A stretch of 60,647 bases of DNA, filler included. It is 4 parts of 4 records of this genome, joined end to end, with 100 filler letters (N's around TTAATTAATTAA, not from the genome) between each part and the next. Parts side by side here need not be neighbours in the genome. Positions count along the whole stretch, not along the records: positions 41,881 to 51,268 come from SRR22947725_4541; positions 51,369 to 60,647 come from SRR22947725_4563; 2 more parts are not named here. One strand, given 5' to 3'. A model generated the notes under the pieces. It worked only from the letters and a program-made list of their open reading frames with translations. It ran no database searches and had not been told where the DNA came from. Below are positions 47,759 through 57,957 of the stretch, piece by piece. How positions within the stretch are numbered: position 1 is the stretch's first letter; each line of letters starts with the position of its first letter. A program made the position numbers and the translations under genes.

Positions 47759-49876
47759 ATGAAAAATTTCTTTATAATTATAATTACCTCTTTATTTTTA
47801 GTTAACTGTAATAATTCTAACCCTATGATGAATCAGTGGTCTGACAAATCAGCTGAATTTGGAGGTGTCCCTGCTTTTGATAAAATGAATCCAAAACAAG
47901 TCAAAGAAGCAATGCTTGCTGGGATGGAGTTGAGCCTTAAAGATATTGATAAGATTGCCAATAATTTAGATACTCCAACTTTTGAAAATACAATTGAAGA
48001 AATGGAAAGGTCTGGTAAACTTTTAAACGATGTTTATTCCTATTATGGAATTTTATCGAGCAATATGTCAAGCCCAGAATTTAGAAAGATTCAGGGAGAA
48101 ATTGCTCCCAAACTTTCAGAGTACTCTTCATTAATAAGTCAAAATGAAAAACTATTTAAAAGAATAAGCTCTATATATGAGGCTTCGTTAACTACCCCTC
48201 TAGAAAATGACAAACAAAGAGTGCTAGATTTAACATACAAAAGTTTTGCAATGAGTGGTGCAGCGTTAGATGCAGATAAAAAACAGAGATACGCAGATAT
48301 TAATTTAGAACTATCTAAATTATACAATGATTTTTCTAACAATGTTTTACACGATGAAGAAAATTATGTAACCTATTTAGATAAATCTCAATTAGACGGT
48401 CTTTCGCAGGGATTTATTAAATCAGCAAATAATATAGCGAAAGATAAAGGATTTGAAAATAAATATGCAATTACAAATACAAGATCATCTATGGATCCTT
48501 TTTTGACCTACTCTACAAATAGAGAAATTAGGGAAGTAGTATGGAAAAACTATTATTCAAGAGGGGATAACGGTGATGAATTTGACAATAATAAAATTAT
48601 TGCAGAGATATTAAAGCTAAGAAAAGAAAGGGTTGGTCTATTGGGTCACGATAATTATGCTCAGTGGAGACTTCAAGATAGAATGGCTAAAACTCCTGAA
48701 AATGCTATGTCGTTAATGGAAGCTGTATGGCCAGCAGCAATCGCTAGAGTTGATGAAGAGGTGGCGGATATGCAAAAAGTTGCAGATGAAACTAGTAGTG
48801 TCAAAATAACCATAGAGCCTTGGGACTACAGATTTTACTCTGAAAAAGTTAGAAAAATAAAATACGATTTAGACTCTGATGAAGTTAAACAATACCTACA
48901 GCTAGATAAATTGACTGAAGCAATGTTTTACGTTGCTGGTGAATTATTTAACTTTAAATTCATAGCCCTTGAAAAAGGAAGGGTTCCTGTTTTTCATGAG
49001 GATGTAAACGTTTGGGAGGTTAAGGATAAAAAATCAGATGAACATATAGGTTTATGGTACTTAGATCCATACGCAAGACAAGGCAAAAGATCTGGGGCTT
49101 GGGCTACAACTTACAGAAGTCACACTACATTAGATGGGAAGACTAATGTATTAGCGTCAAATAATTCAAATTTTGTTAAACCCGCACCTGGTGAAGCATT
49201 GCTAGTTTCTTGGGATGATGCAACAACATTCTTTCACGAATTTGGTCATGCTTTGCACTTCTTTTCATCAAACGTTAAATACCCAACATTAAATGGTGGT
49301 GTTAGAGATTATACTGAATTTCAATCACAATTATTAGAAAGGTGGCTTTCAACCGACAGAGTTATAAATCAATTTTTAGTACATAATGATACTGGTGAAC
49401 CGATGCCAAAAGAGCTAGTGAATAAAATTAAAAAAGCTTCGACATTTAATCAAGGTTTTGGCACAACTGAATACTTGGCTTCAGCTATTATGGATATGAA
49501 ATTTCATTTAGCAGATCCAAAAAATATAGATGTAGATAAATTTGAAAGAAAAACTTTGGCTGATCTAAAGATGCCTTCTGAATTACCCATGAGGCACAGG
49601 ACACCACACTTTGGACATGTCTTTTCTGGTGAAGGATATGCAACAGCTTATTACGGATATATGTGGGCCGATGTCTTAACTGCTGATGCTTCAGAGGCAT
49701 TTGCTGAAGCTCCAGGAGGTTTTTATGATAAAGATGTCGCTAAAAAATTAGTAGATTATTTGTTTTCACCTAGAAATTCAATCGACCCTGCAGAAGCATA
49801 CAGACTATTTAGAGGAAGAGATGCTAAAATAGAGGCTCTAATGAGGGATCGTGGATTTCCAGTAATTGGAGAGTAA
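47759..49876 (+). CDS. dcp: M3-family metallopeptidase (peptidyl-dipeptidase Dcp-like), lipoprotein
   Basis: Lipobox LVNC; PTFENTI, PWDY.FY, KRSGAW, zinc motif HEFGH, E.QSQ..E, HFGHVFSG.GY...YY.Y.WA, YRLFRGR. Confidence 0.9.
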   Translation: MKNFFIIIITSLFLVNCNNSNPMMNQWSDKSAEFGGVPAFDKMNPKQVKEAMLAGMELSLKDIDKIANNLDTPTFENTIEEMERSGKLLNDVYSYYGILSSNMSSPEFRKIQGEIAPKLSEYSSLISQNEKLFKRISSIYEASLTTPLENDKQRVLDLTYKSFAMSGAALDADKKQRYADINLELSKLYNDFSNNVLHDEENYVTYLDKSQLDGLSQGFIKSANNIAKDKGFENKYAITNTRSSMDPFLTYSTNREIREVVWKNYYSRGDNGDEFDNNKIIAEILKLRKERVGLLGHDNYAQWRLQDRMAKTPENAMSLMEAVWPAAIARVDEEVADMQKVADETSSVKITIEPWDYRFYSEKVRKIKYDLDSDEVKQYLQLDKLTEAMFYVAGELFNFKFIALEKGRVPVFHEDVNVWEVKDKKSDEHIGLWYLDPYARQGKRSGAWATTYRSHTTLDGKTNVLASNNSNFVKPAPGEALLVSWDDATTFFHEFGHALHFFSSNVKYPTLNGGVRDYTEFQSQLLERWLSTDRVINQFLVHNDTGEPMPKELVNKIKKASTFNQGFGTTEYLASAIMDMKFHLADPKNIDVDKFERKTLADLKMPSELPMRHRTPHFGHVFSGEGYATAYYGYMWADVLTADASEAFAEAPGGFYDKDVAKKLVDYLFSPRNSIDPAEAYRLFRGRDAKIEALMRDRGFPVIGE

Positions 49877-50133
49877 TGAATATTGAGATTATCGGCTTAA
49901 TTGCAGCTGTATTTACTACCTCATCTTTTTTTCCACAAGTAGTAAAAATTTGGAAGACAAAGCAAACTAAAGACATTTCTACTACAATGTATATTGCAAT
50001 GATGATTGGAACTTGTTTTTGGTTAGCCTATGGAATACTAATAAATAGTTTTGCTATTATTGTTGCAAACATTGTTTCTGGACTACTAGTTTTATTTGTG
50101 CTTGTTTTTAAAATATTCCATAGAAATAACTGA
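49876..50133 (+). CDS. SemiSWEET / PQ-loop transporter
   Basis: IGLIAA..TT.SF.PQV.K..KTK.TKDIS, W..YG, AN; three helices; TAATG overlap with the M3 peptidase. Confidence 0.88.
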   Translation: MNIEIIGLIAAVFTTSSFFPQVVKIWKTKQTKDISTTMYIAMMIGTCFWLAYGILINSFAIIVANIVSGLLVLFVLVFKIFHRNN

Positions 50134-50204
50134 TAATTCAAAGGTTATTTAAAATTTTATAAGCTTATTAGTTAATAATCAGAGTTTTATATTTAGTATT
50201 CAAT

Positions 50205-50212
50205 TATGTTTG
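50205..50212 (+). promoter_or_regulatory. Bacteroidota -7 promoter element (TATGTTTG)
   Basis: Exact TAnnTTTG, 23 nt before the DUF805 ATG. Confidence 0.5.
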
Positions 50213-50235
50213 TGTGAACTTTAAAAACAATTTTT

Positions 50236-50622
50236 ATGAATTATTACTTACACGTTTTACAAAACTTTAATAATTTTTCTGGAAGGGCCAGAAGAAAAGA
50301 ATATTGGATGTATACTTTAATTTACATGCCGATATTATTTTTAGGAATGTTTGCTGATAATGCATTGGGCACTACTTTTCAGATGGATGTAATGGGGCAA
50401 TCTGTTGATATTGGTTATGGGTGGATCTATGTGATTGTTGCGACATTGCACTTTTTGCCTTCTTTATCGGTAGTAGTTAGAAGACTTCACGATGTTGGAA
50501 AATCAGGATGGTTTTATTTAATCATACTTATACCCTTAATAGGAATTATTTGGATGTTGGTCTTACTTGTTTCTAATGGAGATGTTGGAGAAAATAAATA
50601 TGGCGCTGATCCAAAAGCATAA
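50236..50622 (+). CDS. DUF805 (YhaH-like) membrane protein
   Basis: FSGRARRKEYW, VRRLHDVGKSGW, NKYGADPK. Confidence 0.9.
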   Translation: MNYYLHVLQNFNNFSGRARRKEYWMYTLIYMPILFLGMFADNALGTTFQMDVMGQSVDIGYGWIYVIVATLHFLPSLSVVVRRLHDVGKSGWFYLIILIPLIGIIWMLVLLVSNGDVGENKYGADPKA

Positions 50623-50640
50623 CTTCAATTTATAATATAT

Positions 50641-50673
50641 AAAAAAAACCATCCTTTTACAGATGGCTTTTTT
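50641..50673. terminator. Probable bidirectional intrinsic terminator
   Basis: A-run, CCATC...GATGG stem, T-run between convergent genes. Pairing is better on the minus strand (GCCATCT/GGATGGT with G-U pairs). Confidence 0.65.
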
Positions 50674-50721
50674 ATTTATATCAACCTAAAATAATTTAGG
50701 GGATTGTGTTTTTTATGTTGA

Positions 50722-51268
50722 TTACAGTTTAAAAATAATCCCTAAAGTTGGGCTTGCCCATCTGTTAGCAATTTCTCCTTCCCAACCAATTTGCATCGCT
50801 GAATTATCACCAGACTTTGCATAAGATAAAATATTAGCTAAACCGAAGTCTATGATAATATTTTCAGTCATGAAGTAATTTAAACCAAATCCTGCACCTA
50901 ATGAAGTCATTCCGTCATCGAAACTGTCTCCACTATCGAAGGATAAACCTAAACTAAAATACATTTTGTTTCTATCGTTTAAGTCCATGAAATAATTTCT
51001 AGCTCCTAATGTAATATTAGTGTCAGACATCTTATTTCCATCAACTTCCATGCTTTCTAATCCAATAGCGACTCCAACAGCCCACTTATCAGAAATAAAA
51101 GTTGCAATAGCTGGTGCAATTTCAGATCCGCTAGTTTCAATACCATCGATTTCTGAAGAACCAAATGTAACAGCTCCACCTAAAATCCAGTCACCCTTAG
51201 CAAAACCATAACTAGCTTCGTCTTGAGCCTGAATAGCAGGAACTGAAATAAACAATAATGTAATAAAA
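50722..51268 (-). CDS. Outer-membrane beta-barrel protein, 5'-truncated
   Basis: End of a signal peptide (AIQAQ), GFAKGDW.LGG, alternating beta-strands (GFGLNYF), C-terminal LGIIFKL; the frame runs into the linker. Confidence 0.75.
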
Positions 51269-51368
51269 NNNNNNNNNNNNNNNNNNNNNNNNNNNNNNNN
51301 NNNNNNNNNNNNTTAATTAATTAANNNNNNNNNNNNNNNNNNNNNNNNNNNNNNNNNNNNNNNNNNNN
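51269..51368. other. Artificial contig linker
   Basis: 44 N + TTAATTAATTAA + 44 N. Confidence 0.98.
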
Positions 51369-52300
51369 TTTCGCTTATGCCATCCCTAGTTTGGAAGCTC
51401 TTTGCATTACGGAACAATGTAGATGTTGTCCACATGCACGTTTTTAGAACTTTTCAAAACGTGCTGCTCTATTTCTTTTGTAAATTATTATCAATACCCT
51501 ATATCTTGGACGCCCACGGAGCAGTGCCTTATCATCGAAATAAAAAAACTTTGAAATTTCTCTTCGATCTCCTTATTGGAAAGCGAATATTAAGGGATGC
51601 TAAACACCTGGTTGCTGAGACTGTTGTTGGCAAAGAGGAATATTTAGCATTAATGCCAAGTCTTAATCCGGATGAAATTGTTGTTTTGTCCCCTCCGTTT
51701 GATACTGACGAGTTCCTTTGTCTCCCGAATCCAGGTTTGTTTAGGGCAAAATTTGGGATCGACAATAATTTGAAAGTCGTGATGTTTTTGGGAAGAATAC
51801 ACTATATAAAAGGCAATGATTTCTTAATCAGAGGTTTCGCCGAAGCCTTGAAGGTTAGGTCTGATATTTTCTTAGTCCTAGTTGGTCCGGATGATGGGCA
51901 TATGGCTGAATGCAAGGGACTTGTTGAAGAATTGGGTATATCAGAAAGTGTCTTATTCACTGGTTTTCTCGGAGGAGAGCAAAAGAATTCAGCATTGGTT
52001 GATGCAGATATTGTTGTCCAACTATCTAGATTCGAGCAGGGAGCGTGGGCTCCGTTGGAAGGTGTTTTGTGCAAAACCCCAATTATTGTTACATCAAGTA
52101 CAGGGACGGGTGAGGACGTAAAGCGCTTGAAAGCCGGGTATTTGGTGGATTTTGACGATAATAAAATGTTGTCAGATACTATTATTCAAATACTCCAAAA
52201 TCCAGACGATGCTCAGAAGTTAACAAATGATGCAAGAATGTTCATCATAGAAAACTTGTCGATGAATGCTCGAATTGGCGAATATACCGCTTTATACTAG
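51369..52300 (+). CDS. GT4-family glycosyltransferase, 5'-truncated
   Basis: DVVHMH, HG, FLGRIHYIKG, GPDDG, FTGF and the E-x7-E motif SRFEQGAWAPLEG. Confidence 0.88.
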
Positions 52301-52336
52301 TAAATTGAAATTATAAATAATTAGGTTTGGGGTATT

Positions 52337-53929
52337 ATGTTGAAGCGCTTCTTTAGAATCCAGCTACTTGAAAGATTTCGTTTGCTCAGTATTTGGATAA
52401 CTAGAGTTTTGTTTGGAAGAGATGCTGTTCCATCAAATGGCGTTAAAAGAAAGTTTATATTTAATACACAATACATACATGCTTATTCCGAATTGGAGTT
52501 TATGTGTGCTGCTCAGCTTCGCCTGAGAGGGCATGAGGTCGTAGTTATTATTTGTGACGGTTTGCCTTACACAGAGAGGGAAATTATAGATTTACCCCGA
52601 ATGGAGTCATTTAGAAGTTGTTCGGCCAGAACTCGGCGATACTGTAATGCTTATGGTATTCCTTTTATCAACATCAACTCTTTCTTGAGCGAAGAAGAAA
52701 AACAAAAATGTAAGCAATTGTCTTCGGGGTTGATTGATGATCTTCAGAATTACAAACAAAATAATATTAATTTGGGCGAGTTTGCGAAAAGAAATCACGC
52801 TCACTATTTTAAAGGTGACGTTAGTCCAAAGGGAAAATTTGAGGGCATCTATCGAAAAGCTTTTGAAGCAGCAAGCCTGATTGAAACATCGTTTAACAAA
52901 ATACTGGCACTATATCATGATTATGATTTAGTGACTGCAAATGGAAAGTTCATTCAGAGTGGTATACCTGTTGAGTTGGCAAGGCATAACGGTCAGTCTT
53001 TTTATACTTATGAAGTGTTTGCCCAGGGTGATGGCGTCATCTTGGACAAAAATAGGTGTTCGTTAGAACAGCGTATGGATGATGTATGGGATGGATTAAA
53101 AAAATCAAAGCTCAGTCAAAACGATTTAAAAAAACTCTATCATTCGTTTGATCTTCAGCAAAGAAGCATTAGTTCGAAACATGACTTATGGGATGAAAAC
53201 AGAATTGATGACGAGCAAAGGATCATAGAGATACTTGGATTAGATCGGGACAAGAAAATTATAACATGCTACCCAAATGTATATTGGGACTCGGTGCATA
53301 TGGGTATGAACTCGGTTTCCAAAGATTTAACTCATTGGCTGATTGATATGATTAACTTCGCCAAATTAAATGAAGATATTCAATTAGTTATTCGCACCCA
53401 TCCAGCTGAACTTAAGGTTGCGGATCTTATCAAATCAAAGTTTACTATGGTCGACACACTCAAAGAAGCTTTTAAAAAACTTCCGTCGAACGTTTTTATC
53501 ATTGAGCCCAAGAGCAATCTATCAAGCTATTCTTTGGCACAGATTTCAGATGCGAACTTAGTTTGGAATGGAACAATAGGACTAGAGTTGGCTTTACGAG
53601 GAATTAAACCGATAGTAGTTGCTGACGCTTACTATTCTAATAAGGGATTCACAATTGATTTTTTGAACTTTAGGGAGCTGATTACTTACCTGTTGAGAGT
53701 AAACAGCAAGCTTACCTTAAATAATGAAGAAAAAAGGCTAGCAGAAATTTTTAGCTATAACGTGAGATTTAATCGAAAATTTAATGCACCGTATTATTTC
53801 AGAACATGGTGTTACCTCGTTAGTTTTCGTGGAGTCTTGCAAGGTAAAAGCAATACTTTGGATAATCTTGTGAGCTTTCTTCTTGATCAAAAGTCCTATT
53901 TAAACATCGGTGCATTTGATTTTGACTAG
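52337..53929 (+). CDS. Capsule-polysaccharide biosynthesis-like protein (KpsC/KpsS-like GT-B fold)
   Basis: N..WDS, LVIRTHPAE (HP motif), SSY.L, GTIGLELA..G..P.V...AYY; polysaccharide cluster context. Confidence 0.6.
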   Translation: MLKRFFRIQLLERFRLLSIWITRVLFGRDAVPSNGVKRKFIFNTQYIHAYSELEFMCAAQLRLRGHEVVVIICDGLPYTEREIIDLPRMESFRSCSARTRRYCNAYGIPFININSFLSEEEKQKCKQLSSGLIDDLQNYKQNNINLGEFAKRNHAHYFKGDVSPKGKFEGIYRKAFEAASLIETSFNKILALYHDYDLVTANGKFIQSGIPVELARHNGQSFYTYEVFAQGDGVILDKNRCSLEQRMDDVWDGLKKSKLSQNDLKKLYHSFDLQQRSISSKHDLWDENRIDDEQRIIEILGLDRDKKIITCYPNVYWDSVHMGMNSVSKDLTHWLIDMINFAKLNEDIQLVIRTHPAELKVADLIKSKFTMVDTLKEAFKKLPSNVFIIEPKSNLSSYSLAQISDANLVWNGTIGLELALRGIKPIVVADAYYSNKGFTIDFLNFRELITYLLRVNSKLTLNNEEKRLAEIFSYNVRFNRKFNAPYYFRTWCYLVSFRGVLQGKSNTLDNLVSFLLDQKSYLNIGAFDFD

Positions 53930-53955
53930 TGTATGCATCAGAGGAGGATAGGCTT

Positions 53956-54167
53956 GTGAAAAGTAACGCCATGGCTTTTTTTCTGATCTTAAGGTAATAA
54001 ATAATCAAAAAAGAGCTTTTACCCTAGCATTTGGCAGCTCTCTGATTACTATCAATATCGACTTCTTTATAGCCACCAATATGGGTGCAGTTATTGACGG
54101 GGTAGTAAATATTTTTTCTGCAAAGAGTGTAGGCGAAGTGCCCACAACTCCGCTGGAGTTAGACTGA
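53956..54167 (+). pseudogene. Possible eroded gene fragment
   Basis: RBS GAGGAGG (53941-53947) precedes GTG 53956, which stops after 13 codons. One extra T in the T7 tract (53976-53982) would join it to a longer frame with a hydrophobic segment ending at TGA 54167. Confidence 0.3.
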
Positions 54168-54324
54168 TGCCATTTTTTACGTCGATCAACGCGTTTTTCC
54201 ATTCAAAAAATTCTGCACAGCAAACAACAAAAGAGATTTTGGTGCACTTGAGCTGTGACAGTGACCTAACTAAAATTGAAACCACATCTATGAGCTATTG
54301 GAGGCAATAAAGAAGGGGATGAAA

Positions 54325-55230
54325 ATGCATACGTTATTGTATAAAATCGTATTAAAATTTGTAGTGAGGTCTCGGCTCAACATATTAATTGGTCGCAAGC
54401 TGTTTTATAATGACGGTGGTTTCATTTCAAATGCAATTGGTCGGCACGTAAAAAAAAGAGATACAAAAAACTCAAAAAAATTAGGTTTTCATTCTTACCA
54501 AAACAGTGCTGTGCAGGATCTTAGATTGAAAGGATTTTTGATATCTAATAACACTGTGGATGAAGCGCTTATGGACGACTTAGCAAAGACTTGGGATCGT
54601 TGGGCAAGTAAGCAAGAGGTTCCCGATGATGGAAGATTGGAGCTTAGCTCAGCTGATAGTTCAGATGATGTCAACGAGTTTTTGCCTATGTTACAGAAGT
54701 TGATAACTAAGGAGGTTGAAGATACACTAGAATCCTATTTTGAAAGCTACTCCAGAATTATCAATTTCCACATTTATAGAAACAGAAAAGCGTTAAATCG
54801 GAGTGAACTTAATTCCTATGGGGCAACTGCTAACTGGCATACGGATGGAAGCACTTCTGAATCTATTAAACTTTTTTTCATGCTGTCTGAAGTAAACGAA
54901 AAAAACGGACCTATGGAGGTGATTTCGAGGGCAGATACAAAGAAGGTTATAAAGAACAATAAGTTGTTTTATCCTGATACAACGGGCGAGACTGTTAATT
55001 ATATTAGCAAGGAGTGTGAAATAACGAGCCTTCGAGGCAAAAAAGGGACTTCATTCTTCGGGCTGACAAATGATGTGCTTCACAGAGCTACGATACCTAA
55101 TGAAGGTGAGTTTAGAGACCTCATAGTGTTCTATATAACATCGTCATCAAAAAAGAGGTCGGTCGAACAACAATTAAAAGAAGCGAAGTATCGTGAGGTT
55201 ATTGGACTTCAAAGGCTTGTGATGAATTAG
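54325..55230 (+). CDS. PhyH-like Fe(II)/2-oxoglutarate-dependent dioxygenase
   Basis: WHTDG (HxD), IKLFFMLSEV...NGP, G.KGT...LHRA (distal His) and a following Arg (FRD). Start is ATG 54319 or 54325. Confidence 0.75.
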   Translation: MHTLLYKIVLKFVVRSRLNILIGRKLFYNDGGFISNAIGRHVKKRDTKNSKKLGFHSYQNSAVQDLRLKGFLISNNTVDEALMDDLAKTWDRWASKQEVPDDGRLELSSADSSDDVNEFLPMLQKLITKEVEDTLESYFESYSRIINFHIYRNRKALNRSELNSYGATANWHTDGSTSESIKLFFMLSEVNEKNGPMEVISRADTKKVIKNNKLFYPDTTGETVNYISKECEITSLRGKKGTSFFGLTNDVLHRATIPNEGEFRDLIVFYITSSSKKRSVEQQLKEAKYREVIGLQRLVMN

Positions 55231-55827
55231 AAATTTATGGTTAATTTGAGCTATTGACATTTGTTGAGGCCTGGATTTGCTGCGGATATTGATCGGTTGG
55301 TAATTAATTTGCTAGACGTTAGAATGTGGTTTTCCAGAAAGATTTCTGAATAGATGCCTTTCACCACCGTCAGTGCTGAGGGTTAGCATTTGATGCTATT
55401 GTCTTGAGCGCGAAAAAACTGAGATGAAGGCCCGAACGAAGAAAATAAGCGCGTTTAGTTATAAATCCGGAGTGAAGATAAAGAATCCCCAGTGAGATGA
55501 GAGGAAAGAAGGTTGAGTGAACCGTGTTAGTGCTGAAGTGTTGTGACGCATGAGATCTGACGTGTTTTGGGGCATAACTCCTTGGCGGATTAGGTTATGA
55601 TCGTGGAAAAATCAAATCGTGCTTAAAGGCTAGTTAATGCTTTTTCAACGCCAAATTCACTCTAAAGCTCGCGTGAACCGCCCAATTACCAACGCGAGAA
55701 TGAGAGCATGAACCGCATTATTTCGTTTGATACCCGACTCTTGCGCGCAACATTAGCGCAGCAAATGAGCAGATGAGACAAGCTCTTTTTAACCTAGGTT
55801 TCGATTAGGCAAAAATCTCCTTAATTT

Positions 55828-56643
55828 GTGATAGTTAGCGATAGTGATAAAAAATTGAAAAATGACCCTAATTTTGAACTTCTTATGTATGAGCAAACTG
55901 AGTGGCCTGGTGACAGGATACCATTGGATGATCTCAATATTATCGCTCACCGCTACAGTAGAGGTATGGAGCTCTGCGTCCATGCTGATGTCCTGGAGAT
56001 CGGCAGTGGATCCACTATTGGCAAATTAGAACTTGCAAAAACAGTTAAAAGTTATGTGTCGGTTGATATCTCGAAAGAAAATATTGCGAGGTCAAAAGTT
56101 CTTTGTCAAAAGTTAGGACTGGGTCAGTACGAAGCGGATGCGCATAAGCTGCCGTTCTCTGATAACGCTTTCGACACTGTCATCGCCTTAGCAATGATAT
56201 ACTATCTGGATAGCAAGGTTTTTTTAAGCGAAGTGAGGAGGGTCCTGAGACCAGGTGGAAAACTATTTTTTTGTTCTAGTAACAAAGATGTCCCCGGGTT
56301 TGTCCCAGCTCCTGGGTCGCATGAATACCTCAGTATAACTGAATGGTCTGCTCTACTGCGATCAGAAGGGTTTAGAGTGAGTGTCGAAGGGGCCTTTAAA
56401 AAGCCTCACGTATTGCCTTTAGGCGTCAGGGCTCGATTGATTTCGATAGCTAAATCAGGATTAGATCTATTGGGCTTGTTGAAACTATGGATTATTTTTA
56501 GAAAAATGGTCAAAGGTCCTCGGCACGTCATTCCAGAAAAGCTGAGTGAATTCCCCAAGTGCAATGAGCGGTCTGAATCTTTGAATGGAAATGCTGTTAA
56601 CAGTACCTACCGGGTATTGTATTTCGAGTGTGAAGTTGAGTGA
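55828..56643 (+). CDS. Class I SAM-dependent methyltransferase
   Basis: HRY, VLEIGSGS, VDIS, DAHKLPFSDNAFDTV, EVRRVLRPGG. Confidence 0.88.
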   Translation: MIVSDSDKKLKNDPNFELLMYEQTEWPGDRIPLDDLNIIAHRYSRGMELCVHADVLEIGSGSTIGKLELAKTVKSYVSVDISKENIARSKVLCQKLGLGQYEADAHKLPFSDNAFDTVIALAMIYYLDSKVFLSEVRRVLRPGGKLFFCSSNKDVPGFVPAPGSHEYLSITEWSALLRSEGFRVSVEGAFKKPHVLPLGVRARLISIAKSGLDLLGLLKLWIIFRKMVKGPRHVIPEKLSEFPKCNERSESLNGNAVNSTYRVLYFECEVE

Positions 56644-56814
56644 TTTACGTCGAACATGCTATAGGCTTATTTGTTATCTTCTGGACACTTTGACCAACAC
56701 TCCCGCACAAAACTAAAATTTTACAACTAGCCTGACATAGAGAAGCATAGTGAAATCAAAACCAATTACTCGGATACAAAACCAGCAACGCACAAGTCAT
56801 AAATAGGAAAAGAA

Positions 56815-57957
56815 ATGAGAAAAGTACCTTTTTTCGATTATCCAGGCATTTACACCCGCTTTGAGTCAGAGTTTACCAAAATTTTCAAAGATGTTTGTTC
56901 ACGTGGTGCCTTTATAATGCAACGGGACCTTGTGGATTTTGAGCGTGAGCTTGCGGAGTATTTGAACGTTAAGCATGTACTTGGTGTGGCAGATGGAACG
57001 AATGCTATATATCTTGGGCTCCAAGCTTTAGGTATATCGGAAGGTGACGAAGTCATCATGTCTTCTCATACTTACGTTGCCACAGCAAATGCAGTAAAGA
57101 TGGTTGGAGCATCACCTGTATTTGCAGATATTGATGAAAATAAATTGTTGTGCCCTATTTCTGCTGCTTCAAAAGTTACCAATAAGACGAAGGCTATTAT
57201 GCCTACTCAGTTAAATGGTCGATGTGCTGACATGGATGCGCTTAGGCTAGTCGCTGAAAATAGCCAGATTTTTCTGATAGAAGACAGTGCGCAGGGACTT
57301 GGTGCGCGTTATAAAAATGAATATGCTGGCACTTTTGGTTCTTTTGGAACTTTAAGTTTCTATCCAGCTAAACTTATAGGGTGCTTTGGGGACGGTGGCG
57401 CTATTATGACTAATGACGACGCGTTGGCTAAAACTCTCTGGTCGATGCGAGACCATGGCCGTGACGTTACAGGAACGGTGACGATGTGGGGTACTAACTC
57501 TCGCCTGGATAATTTGCAGGCAGCGTTCCTTCGCCTTCGGCTGCAGCATTTCGATGAGGACATCCATCGTCGACGGTATATTGCTGCTCGTTACCACCAA
57601 GGTCTAAAAGTTAGAAATGAGATTGGATTACCTCCAGCTCCAACAGATGATGGCAAGCATTTCGATGTCTACCAAAATTATGAGTGTACAGCCGAAAACA
57701 GAGATGAATTGCGCAGCTTCCTGCAGGAGCGAGGTATTGGAACATTGGTCCAGTGGGCGGGTGTGCCGGTCCACCATTTTGAAAGTTTAGGCTATGGTAA
57801 GGAAAAATTTGATGATCTACCTCTGACCAACAAATTCTTTGAACAATGCCTCATGTTACCAATGAACATGAGTCTGTCTGATGACGATGTAGATTATGTA
57901 ATCGAGTCCATTATCGAGTTTTATTCAAAGAGAAAAGATGATCATGCTCAAAAATAA
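56815..57957 (+). CDS. DegT/DnrJ/EryC1/StrS-family sugar aminotransferase
   Basis: VPFFD, GT.A, GDEVI, IEDSAQ, SFYPAK with the PLP lysine, GDGG, NSRLDNLQAA, LPM. Confidence 0.93.
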   Translation: MRKVPFFDYPGIYTRFESEFTKIFKDVCSRGAFIMQRDLVDFERELAEYLNVKHVLGVADGTNAIYLGLQALGISEGDEVIMSSHTYVATANAVKMVGASPVFADIDENKLLCPISAASKVTNKTKAIMPTQLNGRCADMDALRLVAENSQIFLIEDSAQGLGARYKNEYAGTFGSFGTLSFYPAKLIGCFGDGGAIMTNDDALAKTLWSMRDHGRDVTGTVTMWGTNSRLDNLQAAFLRLRLQHFDEDIHRRRYIAARYHQGLKVRNEIGLPPAPTDDGKHFDVYQNYECTAENRDELRSFLQERGIGTLVQWAGVPVHHFESLGYGKEKFDDLPLTNKFFEQCLMLPMNMSLSDDDVDYVIESIIEFYSKRKDDHAQK

